DNA from: Ktedonobacterales bacterium
GTDB taxonomy: Bacteria; Chloroflexota; Ktedonobacteria; Ktedonobacterales; JADMIN01
Direction: 5' to 3'
Assembly (NCBI GenBank): GCA_030167145.1
Contig: CP126532.1
Span: 1,890,001 to 1,922,000, forward strand
DNA length: 32,000 nucleotides
The position numbers and the translations under genes are program-made. Below the pieces are notes generated by a model. The model had not been told where the DNA came from. It worked only from the letters and a program-made list of their open reading frames with translations, and searched no databases. Shown piece by piece: positions 9,593 through 17,409 of the stretch; position 1 is the first letter of the stretch; every line of letters begins with the position of its first letter.

Positions 9593-12208
9593 TTAGAATA
9601 GAATGTCCAGATCAATTTCGTCGAGACGTTGTAACTCGCGTCCGGTGGTGGCATCGAGCAGGTGGATGGAGACGCGCTGTGGCGGCAGGTGGTCGCGCTC
9701 GATATGCAGGATGGCGGTGTCGGGCGCTATGGTGAGCGGGTCATCATCCTGAAAGCGCGGTTGTATCTCACCAGTGGCTTCACTATAGCCGTAGTCTGCG
9801 GCAACCAGCCGGGAGATGATGTCGCTCCCCGCGCGAATCTCGACCCGCACGGGCGGGAGCGCGGTGTCGAATAAGCTGACGCGCTGCCCGGCGATCTGGA
9901 CGGAGCAGACACGGGAGGTGATTTTCTGCGAGCCAAGGGTGAGTCGCCATGCAATCTCGCGCCCCTCGCTGCTCGCGAGTGCTGCCGCGCGCGCCGTTGG
10001 GGTGATCACGACGACGGGAATCGCCATTTCTTGGGGGGATAGCCCGCCGTGGAAATAGGCGCGCGCGCCTCCGGGTAGTTTGAAGGCGCCAAAGCCCCAG
10101 GGTGTGGCAAGCTCCAGATCGGTGTCGTCCAGGTCGAAGGCGGCCAGCGGCGCGCGCAGATAGGCTTCGCTGGCAGCGCCACCACGCCCGATCCAGACAC
10201 GACGGTGCAGGTCGCAGGTGTGGCCGCCGGGTGGCTCAATTTTCATGTCGCTGCCGAGTTCATCACTGAAGAGAAAGCCGTGGTCGGCGGTGACGATGAT
10301 CTGTTTGCAGTGCAGCTCACTCAGTCGGCGGACGCCGCGCACCAGATTGGCGAGCAGTGCGTCCATGACGGTGTGCGCGAGGCTGATATTGTCCAACTCG
10401 CAAATGGCGTCAATTTCTTGTGAGGTAACGAGGATCAGGTCAGCGTCTTCGATGTTTTTCTTTACGGCATTTTGGGTTGTGAGCAGAGCATCAAGCGTGG
10501 TTGCAAATACGCGTGTCGGGCGGTGGGCGGTGGATGGGACCTGTTCTTTGAGCCATTTGATGCGGCTGTCGCGGTCGCGCAGGACGGTGTCACGCAGGTG
10601 CAGGGCAAGATTGCCATTGGGGGCGGGCACAACCTTCACCCCTTCTTCGGCGCCAGGGAGGAGCGCGGCCATACCAATGGGCGTGATGGTGGGTACGGTA
10701 CCTGCGGCAACGGCGAGGCGCGCGTCGTACCAGTCACCCAGGCTCTGGACGAAGATGCGCGCCATCTCATAGCGCAGGGCATCTACCAGGATGTATGCGG
10801 TTTTGCCAGCGCGCAGCGCTTCGGTGACATGGCGTGTGTAGATCTCGGTCTGGCGCTGGATGCCCGGAAGTTGGAAGCCTGCGTCCACCAGCGCATGGGT
10901 ATAGCGCACCGCAAGGGTATCGCCGACGCGCATGTACCGCTGGCGGGCGTGGGTGAGGAGCTGTTCGAGGGTGGGGTGGCGCGCGATGGACTCAAAGCGA
11001 CGGCTCTGTTGCTCTAGCTCGCGCTGGAGGGTATCTAGCTCGCACCAGGGGCGCTCGCCGTCGGTGTACGCATGCAGGATAGCGGCCGCCGAGAGGGTAG
11101 CGTGCTGGAGCGCGGCTTCGATCTCTGCCGCGCACAGCAGGAGGTTGCCCGCCGTGGCGCTGAGGGTCCAGCGGTCGTAGGCGTCAGGCAGGCGCTGCGC
11201 CCAATAGTCGCGCTTGCGCTGCTGGATGAGGTCGAGCAGTGTGGTGGATGGCGCGTCGCGTAGCGTGGTCTCCAGGGCGGTTTGGAGCGCGGTTTCGATG
11301 GCGGCGAAGGTTTCGCAGTCGCGTAGCTGCGCAAGGTCGAAGGGAATGCTGGACAGGCCAAGTTCGCGCTCGACGCGGTTGGCGTAGTCGGCATAGCTGT
11401 CGGCGAGGTCGCGCGTTTGGCGCCACCGCCGGACGAGCCGGAGGCACGCCTCACGCGGAGCCAGCTCCGTGGCAATGTTGACGGTGGCAAGCTGTGGAGG
11501 AACCGGCGGGTGAAGGCTGGCGAGAAGTTCAGTACACAGGAGGTGGCGCGCGAGACGCAGGCGCAACGTGGGGAGCGGCTCATCTGGCGGTAGCGGAATG
11601 CCGTAGGTTTCGCCAAGCAGCGCCGTGAGGTCGGGTTGAGCGTGTTTGGCGGCGATCTCGGTGTCGAATGTGTCGCCGGAGAGCAACTTGAGCGCCACTT
11701 CGTCGGGTATACCCGTGCCGAAGATGACGGCGATGACGCCGTGCGCTTCGGGGCTGCTGACGTGATCGCCGAGGCGATCCAGGTCGGCGAGGGAAAGCTG
11801 CCCTTCGTTGGCCTGCTTTTCGATGCGCTGAGCGTGTTCTACGCCGAGTACGTCTTTCAGCGCGGCCTTGGCGATGACTGAGAGGCGGGTGTTGCGCTGC
11901 CAGGGCTGCTGGCCGGGCTTGAGAACGACGCCAGCGGCGGTCAGTTCGATGAGCGCATCGTGGGTGTCGTCTTCAGCGAGGGGCACGTAGACGACGAGGC
12001 GCGGCGGCTGTTCGCCCTCCAGTAGCGGCGCGACATCGTGGCGGAGTTGAAAGAAGCTGCCTGCGTAGCGGGCGATGGTGGTATCGGGGAGGGTGAGCGC
12101 GGAGGCGAGGTCGCTATAGTGTCGTTCGGGGTCGAACCAGACGACGAGCCGCTTTTCGGTGACCTGTTTGGCGATCAGGTCGCGTAGATAGTCGCTGACG
12201 ATTCCCAT
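9593..12208 (-). CDS. pglZ: BREX alkaline-phosphatase-superfamily protein PglZ
   Basis: 871 aa with the PglZ core landmarks AYILVDALRYEMA and IIVTADHGF. It lies between pglX and brxL as in type-1 BREX. Confidence 0.9.
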   Translation of the reverse strand: MGIVSDYLRDLIAKQVTEKRLVVWFDPERHYSDLASALTLPDTTIARYAGSFFQLRHDVAPLLEGEQPPRLVVYVPLAEDDTHDALIELTAAGVVLKPGQQPWQRNTRLSVIAKAALKDVLGVEHAQRIEKQANEGQLSLADLDRLGDHVSSPEAHGVIAVIFGTGIPDEVALKLLSGDTFDTEIAAKHAQPDLTALLGETYGIPLPPDEPLPTLRLRLARHLLCTELLASLHPPVPPQLATVNIATELAPREACLRLVRRWRQTRDLADSYADYANRVERELGLSSIPFDLAQLRDCETFAAIETALQTALETTLRDAPSTTLLDLIQQRKRDYWAQRLPDAYDRWTLSATAGNLLLCAAEIEAALQHATLSAAAILHAYTDGERPWCELDTLQRELEQQSRRFESIARHPTLEQLLTHARQRYMRVGDTLAVRYTHALVDAGFQLPGIQRQTEIYTRHVTEALRAGKTAYILVDALRYEMARIFVQSLGDWYDARLAVAAGTVPTITPIGMAALLPGAEEGVKVVPAPNGNLALHLRDTVLRDRDSRIKWLKEQVPSTAHRPTRVFATTLDALLTTQNAVKKNIEDADLILVTSQEIDAICELDNISLAHTVMDALLANLVRGVRRLSELHCKQIIVTADHGFLFSDELGSDMKIEPPGGHTCDLHRRVWIGRGGAASEAYLRAPLAAFDLDDTDLELATPWGFGAFKLPGGARAYFHGGLSPQEMAIPVVVITPTARAAALASSEGREIAWRLTLGSQKITSRVCSVQIAGQRVSLFDTALPPVRVEIRAGSDIISRLVAADYGYSEATGEIQPRFQDDDPLTIAPDTAILHIERDHLPPQRVSIHLLDATTGRELQRLDEIDLDILF

Positions 12209-12261
12209 TGCTGTGCTGTTCCCTCTCGACTCACGTACTCGTTCACGCGGCGTTATGCGCG

Positions 12262-12291
12262 TTTATACGCGCGCGTATAAGTGCGTGTGAA
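12262..12291 (-). promoter_or_regulatory. candidate internal promoter for pglZ-brxL (TTCACA-N18-TATAAA)
   Basis: The minus strand reads TTCACA (12291..12286), an 18-nt spacer, then TATAAA (12267..12262). It sits in the 116-bp pglX-pglZ gap, about 55 nt upstream of the pglZ ATG. This is one of the few AT-rich patches in the locus. Confidence 0.4.
12263..12280. promoter_or_regulatory. perfect 18-bp palindrome TTATACGCGCGCGTATAA (operator-like) with flanking degenerate copies
   Basis: The self-complementarity was checked base by base. Related sites are TTATGCGCG at 12253-12261, TTATACGCGCGCTCATAA at 12295-12312 (16/18 match) and CGCTCATAA repeated at 12304 and 12314. Confidence 0.6.
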
Positions 12292-12324
12292 TGTTTATAC
12301 GCGCGCTCATAACCGCTCATAAGT

Positions 12325-14436
12325 CTATTTGCCCTTCACGTAGCCCTTCGCGCGCAGTTGCTGGCCGATGGAGGACCAGTCGTATTTGCCGGTAAGCAGT
12401 TGTTGCCATGCTGCTTTGGCTTCTTTCCATGGTATCACTTCGCAGAAGGGGGCGATGTTGAGGAGCACGCCGTCGTTGAGGTCGGGGGTGAGGTAGTGGC
12501 GGGCGGCGCGGTCGAGGGCGTCGTGAAATTCGCGCAGGTCGGCGAGCAGGGTTTCTTGGCGGTCCAGGGCCTGGGCGGCGCGCCGGGCTTCGGGGCCGGT
12601 GGGTCCGGCGGCGGCTTTGGCGGCGTGTAGTTCGTCGAGGCGCTGTTCTTCGAGCCGGATTTTGGGCAGGAGGTGGAGGGTGAGGGCTTTGAAGATGAGG
12701 TCGGCGTCGAGGCGGTGGTAGTAGAGCCAGATGGCGTAGTGGCGTTTGGGGGATTGCAGCAGCCAGTAGATGGGGGCTTTGCGGCGGCTCTTGGAGTAGC
12801 GCGAGATGTGGAAGTCGAAGAAGAGGCGCGGGTTGCGGAGATATTCGCGCAGGTCGCGCACGCCGAGCAGCGCGCAGGCTTCGGCTTCGATGGCGCTGGC
12901 GCGGTCGCCCCAGAGGTGATCGAGGACGAGGCGGATGCGGCGCAGGAGGTCGTTGGGGGCGTCGGGGTCGTCTACGAGGATGCCGTCCCAGGCGATACCT
13001 AACCCCCCGGCCCCCTTCCCTGCGAGGGAAGGGGGAGTGGAGGGGGCGTCGAGCGTGGTGGGGTCGGGGAGGGTGATGGCGTTGGGACGGGTGCGGAGCC
13101 AGGCTTCGCTGGCGATGTGGTCGCGGGTGGCGGGGAGGCCGTCGTGGCCGACCAGCGCGCCGGGGGCGCAGACGGGCAGCGGGGCGAAGGGGTCGGCAAG
13201 GCGCGGGGCGAGCGTGGGGTCGTGGGCGATACGCACGTCCCAGCGGCCAAAGGCGCAGCCGAGGGCGTACATGATGAGGTTGGCAGCTTCGGTGCGGGCG
13301 CGCTGAAGTCCGTTGCCGGCATTGGCGTTGGATTGAGCATCGCGCTCTTCGTCGCGGTCGTCGCCAGCTTCGTCGCCAGTCGCCACGGCTCCTACTTCCG
13401 CTGGCGGCGAAGATGCCTCGATATGGGCGCGATCATCGGGGGAGAAGCCGTAGAGGGCGTAGCAGCGGTCATCTATCTCGCGCTGGATGGTGGCGAGGCG
13501 CTGGACGCGGGCGGCGTCTGCGTTGGCGAGGAGGCTGAGGGCGGCGGCGAGGGTGGGCTGGGCGCGCAGGCGGACGAGCGCGGGGACGGTGAAGGGGTGG
13601 GTGACTTCGTCGTCGCGGTCAGATTCCCGCTTGCAGTCGTGGGCCTCGCGGGCGAGGGTGGCGAGGGTGTGCGCGTCATCGGCGCTGAGGTCGGGGACGG
13701 GGGTACGCTGGACGACACCGACTTCGTAGGAGCCGAACGCCATTTGCATCGAGAGCAGCGCGCCGAAAGAGGCTGAGTTGACCATGGCGAGCAACGCGAG
13801 GAGATCTGTCGGCTCGTCATCTGAGACGAATAGGGCCGGGCCTTTGTCGGCGAAGATGCAGCCAGCGGGCATGACGCGCACGCTGAAGCCGCCTTGCGTG
13901 CGGCGGGGGTAGGTGAGGCCGGGGCGGAAGTAGTAGTCGAGGGCCTCGGGGCGCTCTATCTCGCGACCGGGGCGTCCATAGAAGTTGCGGTAGGTGTGGC
14001 GCGATTCGTCCCAATCAGCAAGTAGGTGCATATCGTAGTAGAAGGGCGAATAGCTACCGCCTTTCGCAAATGTTGCCCATCTGATGTTCCAGCTAACTGT
14101 AATGGGTAATACCTCCCACCACGTTCGAACACGTTGGAAATCATCGCCAGTGCTTGAGCCTCGGCGCGCCTCACGTCCATCCCCTTCGAAGGGCGGGAGT
14201 TCGGTGAAGAGTCGGCGTACATCCTCGCTGACCCAGTAGGCGAAGGGGGAGCCGGGGATCTGGCGGAAGGAGGCGGGGTCGAGGGTGAAGAGACCTAACC
14301 CCCCCAGCCCCCCTTCCCTACGTGGGAAGGGGGGAGTGGTGGCGGCGCGGTGGGCGGCGGTGGCGGCGCGTAGGGCGGCGGGTTTGTCGTCGGCGGCGAG
14401 GAGGCGGATGAAGGTGGTGGTGTGGGGCATGGTCAT
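12325..14436 (-). CDS. pglX: PglX C-terminal half (post-methyltransferase / putative specificity region) as a separate ORF
   Basis: ATG 14436 with AGGA 7 nt upstream. IPGSPFAYW, TGDDFQRVRTWWEV, KAPIYWLLQSPKRHYAIWLYYHRL and YDWSS are colinear with the region after the MTase domain of the intact paralogue (IPGSPWVYQ, SGNSRFLRFWWEV, KRPIYWLLQSPKRGYGVYLF, YDWSR). No internal stops over 703 codons. Confidence 0.8.
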   Translation of the reverse strand: MTMPHTTTFIRLLAADDKPAALRAATAAHRAATTPPFPRREGGLGGLGLFTLDPASFRQIPGSPFAYWVSEDVRRLFTELPPFEGDGREARRGSSTGDDFQRVRTWWEVLPITVSWNIRWATFAKGGSYSPFYYDMHLLADWDESRHTYRNFYGRPGREIERPEALDYYFRPGLTYPRRTQGGFSVRVMPAGCIFADKGPALFVSDDEPTDLLALLAMVNSASFGALLSMQMAFGSYEVGVVQRTPVPDLSADDAHTLATLAREAHDCKRESDRDDEVTHPFTVPALVRLRAQPTLAAALSLLANADAARVQRLATIQREIDDRCYALYGFSPDDRAHIEASSPPAEVGAVATGDEAGDDRDEERDAQSNANAGNGLQRARTEAANLIMYALGCAFGRWDVRIAHDPTLAPRLADPFAPLPVCAPGALVGHDGLPATRDHIASEAWLRTRPNAITLPDPTTLDAPSTPPSLAGKGAGGLGIAWDGILVDDPDAPNDLLRRIRLVLDHLWGDRASAIEAEACALLGVRDLREYLRNPRLFFDFHISRYSKSRRKAPIYWLLQSPKRHYAIWLYYHRLDADLIFKALTLHLLPKIRLEEQRLDELHAAKAAAGPTGPEARRAAQALDRQETLLADLREFHDALDRAARHYLTPDLNDGVLLNIAPFCEVIPWKEAKAAWQQLLTGKYDWSSIGQQLRAKGYVKGK
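12997..13037. repeat. GC-hairpin repeat element, single copy, in frame in the pglX C-half
   Basis: ACCTAACCCCCCGG + CCCCCTTCCC-TGCGA-GGGAAGGGGG, translated as TPPSLAGKGAGGLG. Confidence 0.85.
14293..14336. repeat. GC-hairpin repeat element, single copy, in frame near the N-terminus of the pglX C-half
   Basis: ACCTAACCCCCCCAG + CCCCCCTTCCC-TACGT-GGGAAGGGGGG, translated as PPFPRREGGLGGLG. This is the long tract class (C7, C6/G6). Confidence 0.85.
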
Positions 14437-14458
14437 GGTGGTGTCCTGGTGTTAGAAT
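14430..14458 (+). promoter_or_regulatory. candidate antisense promoter TGGTCA-N17-TAGAAT
   Basis: -35-like TGGTCA at 14430-14435, a 17-nt spacer, then -10 TAGAAT at 14453-14458. It overlaps the start codon and SD of the pglX C-half on the opposite strand. Confidence 0.3.
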
Positions 14459-14502
14459 GAGCGCAATCCAGTGATCTAGAGGGGGAAGGTTGGAGCCTTC
14501 GG

Positions 14503-14531
14503 CGGCCCTGTATAGGGCCGTTTTTGTTTAT
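14503..14531 (+). terminator. intrinsic-terminator-like hairpin oriented on the plus strand
   Basis: CGGCCC-TGTATA-GGGCCG followed by TTTTTGTTTAT. It is preceded by a second small hairpin, GAAGG-TTGGAG-CCTTC (14485-14500). The T-tract is on the plus strand only, antisense to the operon. Confidence 0.45.
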
Positions 14532-14547
14532 GCGAGTTGTGACTGAT

Positions 14548-14970
14548 CTAGGGAATGTACCAGCCTCTACGCGAGCGGCGGCCTTTGCCATATTGCGCTG
14601 GGATGCCGATGCCTAGCTCGTCTTCGGTGCGGTGCGTGCGGTGGGTGCGGGTAATGTTGGTGTCGCGGTATTCGGTCTCCCAGTCGTGGTGTTTGTGGCG
14701 CGGTCGGTCAGGCTTTTTGCGCGTGCGCTTCGCCGGTGGTCGTGGCTGGGCGGGACGGGTGAACCAGTCGGTGATGCCTCGCGCGGGCTTGGTTTCGAGT
14801 CCGGCGGGCGTGGGCAGCCCAGGGCCGGTCACGTAGTAGAAGCAGTGTGTGCCTTTCGCTGGCTGCTGCCGGAGCTTGTCCGCGTGGGTGGTGGCTTCGG
14901 CGAGCGTCTTGAAGCTGGCGGCTAGCTTATGCTGGTCCCCGATGCGGCGGTAGACCGAGTATTTGCTCAT
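14548..14970 (-). CDS. hypothetical 140-aa protein with a basic R/K/H/P-rich tail, inside the pglX split
   Basis: ORF 14548..14979. ATG 14970 has GGAGAGG 9 nt upstream. The sequence is MSKYSVYRRIGDQHKLAASFKTLAEATTHADKLRQ... followed by PAKRTRKKPDRPRHKHH...GKGRRSRRGWYIP. I recognised no family. Confidence 0.45.
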   Translation of the reverse strand: MSKYSVYRRIGDQHKLAASFKTLAEATTHADKLRQQPAKGTHCFYYVTGPGLPTPAGLETKPARGITDWFTRPAQPRPPAKRTRKKPDRPRHKHHDWETEYRDTNITRTHRTHRTEDELGIGIPAQYGKGRRSRRGWYIP

Positions 14971-15048
14971 GGTACCCATCCTCTCCGCGAGTTCAAGGGC
15001 GAACGTCTGTCGCGATCATGCCAACAGTATGAGTATGGCGACGATAGT

Positions 15049-17409
15049 TCATGGGTTTTTCTCCAGAACGTAGGCGGCGGTTTCGACCATGGCGGTATCG
15101 AGGACGCCGTAGCCGAGGTCGGCGAGGGCGATGGGGCGGGCTTCGGTGAGCAGGATGTCTTCGCGCCACTTCTGGAACGAGGTGAGGAAGAAGCCGGTGC
15201 GCGAGGTAATGGCGCCGAGGCGTCCGCTGGGTTCGAGCAGGGCGAGGCCGCGTTCGACGAAGGCGGCGTAAAGATCATTTTTGGTGCGGGGATAGGTTTT
15301 CTCGATGTAGGGCTTGGCGGGGGCGCTGGGTTCGCCGAACGGGGGATTCATCAGTACGACGCTGTAGCACTTCTCCAGCAGTTCGATGAGCGCGAAGCCA
15401 CGGGCGGCGTCCTCGGCGAAGAGGTGGCGAGTGTAGTCGTCGTCGCTGGTGGTGGCGTCTTCGGCAAAGCGGCGCAAGGCGGCGAGGACGCGCGGCTCGG
15501 CCTCGGTTTCGTAGAAGCGCGCGTCGGAGACACCTTCGTAGTTGAGCGTCTGCTGTTGTGGTGGCTGCCCCTGCGCGAAGAGGGTAAGCTGGACGTTGCC
15601 ACCGCCGGTTCTGATCCACTCGCGTTTGGCGTTGGCGATCTCCTGGCGCAGGGCGACCTCGACCTGGAGCAGCGAGCCAGCCTCACCGGCGAGGCGCATC
15701 TCACCCCATATATCGCGGACAAAGGGGTCGAGCGCGGGCGGATCGAGGGTCTTGGTGAAGGCGTCGAGCAGGTCACGCTCGCCGGGCATTGGCTCGGCAT
15801 AGACGAGATTGGCGCGGCGGATGGGCGGGCGCTGGTCGCGCGGGAGGCTGAGCGCGGCGTATTCGCGCTGGGCGCGCAGCCAGAGGGCGAGCGCGGCGAT
15901 CTGGACGGCGCGGAGGTCAATATCTACGCCGTGCAGGTTGTGGCGTAAGATCAGGGCGGGAACGGCGGCTTGATACGCGGGGAAGTCGCTGGCGAACTCG
16001 CTCTGGAGCGCGGGGCCGAGGTCATCATCTGCCCAGGCTTCGTGATAGATGCGCACGAGCAGGTCGAAGCAGTAGAGCAGGAAGTGGCCGCTGCCGCAGG
16101 CGGGATCAAGGATACGTAGTTCGCGGGGGTCGCGCTTGGCGCGATGGGGGATGATTTCGACTTCGCGATTCCACGCCTCGCAGATGGCGCGATGGAGTGC
16201 CCGCCAGTAGTCCAGGTCTTTGCCCTCTGGCGTCTCGCCGAAGTGATGCCAGCGGCGCTGCTCAAAGAAGAGACAGAGGCGTAGCTCTTCGAAGCTGCCG
16301 TTGATATTGCCCGTCTCGACGTATTCTTGCTGCTTGTCGTTCGCAATGGAAGCGACCATATCGAAATCGCGCGCTTCCGCAGATGTATCGTGCGCCAGGT
16401 GTGTCTGGGCGTAGGCATAGCCGTCTACCGTGAGCGCATAGCGCATTATGGCGTCAACAGAGGTTGCGGCGGGATTGGGGCGGGTCCACAGCTCTCCACC
16501 ACCCTCGCCCGGCATCACCCACGCGTCCTGTTCGGCATTGAACATGAGCGGCTCGTGCTGACCACGGCGCAGCCAGATGGGGTGTGGGGTGATGAGCATC
16601 GTTTCACAGAGGGTGGCGAGGCTGGTGTGGCCGTGGGTCATCTCCCACCAGAGGCGCCCAAGCGTGTTATCTGCCAGGAATTCGACGACGTAGCGCGGGG
16701 TGTAGAACTGATTGCGGAAGGCTAACTCGTAGCTGTTGCGCGGGGCCTGGCTGGCTTTGCGCGCCTCGTCGCGTAGCTCTTTGGGGGTGAAGTACTGGTA
16801 AATCCAGCCGATGGTCTCGTCGGCGTCCCAGACGCTGGCTAGCTCGGCATCGTTGAGGAGGGCGAGCACGTCTTCGAGCACGCGCTGTGGCGGGAAGAGC
16901 CGGTTGGCGGGGTCGTGCGGCGAGAAGAGGGCGGGCAGCTCGCTGGCCAGGGTCTGCCCAGTCCATTCGAGGAAGTGGCGATAGGCGAGATCCTGGCGGC
17001 CAGCGGACCAGAGGGTTTCTTCGCCGGGATTGTCGGCGAGATAGAACTTGAAGCCGTTGCTGTTGAGGCTACGGGAGACGGTCTCGCGGATGAGCTTGCG
17101 GCGTTCGAGCAGCTTGTAGGCGCAGAGGCGATTGAGATGCGTGAAGGCGACTTCGCGGATAAGCTGAGCGACGGCATCGTGCGCGGAGAAGCGGCGGGCG
17201 CCGAGGTGGGCGAGATACCGCACGACCTGCGCGCGATAGGCGAGGTCGGCGGGGGAGAGGTGGGCCATGCGCGCGGCTGGCTCGACTGCGCCGTGGCGGT
17301 GGATGCCAAACTGGCCTTCGAGTAGCTCGGCGACGGTGTCTTCGAGCAGCTTGCGGCACTGTGTGACGGCGAGGCGCAGGGTGTTGCGGATAGATTTATC
17401 GAGTGTCAT
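15049..17409 (-). CDS. pglX: PglX N-terminal half (N6-adenine methyltransferase module) as a separate ORF
   Basis: ETIGWIYQYF, FYTPRYVV, motif I ILDPACGSGHF and motif IV VVLMNPPFG are present. It ends ...TAAYVLEKNP-TGA at 15049-15051. Its ATG overlaps the stop of the upstream gene (TGATG). Confidence 0.85.
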   Translation of the reverse strand: MTLDKSIRNTLRLAVTQCRKLLEDTVAELLEGQFGIHRHGAVEPAARMAHLSPADLAYRAQVVRYLAHLGARRFSAHDAVAQLIREVAFTHLNRLCAYKLLERRKLIRETVSRSLNSNGFKFYLADNPGEETLWSAGRQDLAYRHFLEWTGQTLASELPALFSPHDPANRLFPPQRVLEDVLALLNDAELASVWDADETIGWIYQYFTPKELRDEARKASQAPRNSYELAFRNQFYTPRYVVEFLADNTLGRLWWEMTHGHTSLATLCETMLITPHPIWLRRGQHEPLMFNAEQDAWVMPGEGGGELWTRPNPAATSVDAIMRYALTVDGYAYAQTHLAHDTSAEARDFDMVASIANDKQQEYVETGNINGSFEELRLCLFFEQRRWHHFGETPEGKDLDYWRALHRAICEAWNREVEIIPHRAKRDPRELRILDPACGSGHFLLYCFDLLVRIYHEAWADDDLGPALQSEFASDFPAYQAAVPALILRHNLHGVDIDLRAVQIAALALWLRAQREYAALSLPRDQRPPIRRANLVYAEPMPGERDLLDAFTKTLDPPALDPFVRDIWGEMRLAGEAGSLLQVEVALRQEIANAKREWIRTGGGNVQLTLFAQGQPPQQQTLNYEGVSDARFYETEAEPRVLAALRRFAEDATTSDDDYTRHLFAEDAARGFALIELLEKCYSVVLMNPPFGEPSAPAKPYIEKTYPRTKNDLYAAFVERGLALLEPSGRLGAITSRTGFFLTSFQKWREDILLTEARPIALADLGYGVLDTAMVETAAYVLEKNP

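Larger units (their letters stand above)
14433..15054 (-). mobile_element. possible insertion cassette splitting pglX, bounded by a 6-bp direct repeat (coding-strand CCATGA)
   Basis: Plus-strand TCATGG occurs at 14433-14438 and at 15049-15054, 616 bp apart. The interior holds one ORF, an antisense promoter-like element and a plus-strand terminator-like hairpin. I saw no terminal inverted repeats and no transposase. Confidence 0.3.

Noticed and set aside
14532-14992. A 7-bp direct repeat GCGAGTT (14532 and 14986) flanks the 140-aa ORF and could be a target-site duplication.
   Set aside because: A 7-mer shared between two ~70-bp flanks is expected by chance roughly one time in three. The CCATGA repeat at the actual gene junctions is the better candidate.
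14929-15948. Long plus-strand ORFs antisense to BREX genes: 14929-15948 (339 aa), 17403-18539 (378 aa), 18209-18979, 19277-19924, 20171-21181 (336 aa) and 27749-28405.
   Set aside because: They are G/A/E/V/R-rich low-complexity translations typical of the antisense frame of high-GC genes. Each is fully nested opposite a well-supported CDS and has no recognisable motifs.
12325-17409. Treating the split pglX as a dead pseudogene.
   Set aside because: Both halves are long, uninterrupted ORFs with all catalytic and family motifs. The break lies at a domain boundary, and the C-half has its own SD and ATG. Loss of function cannot be excluded, but the sequence does not show decay.
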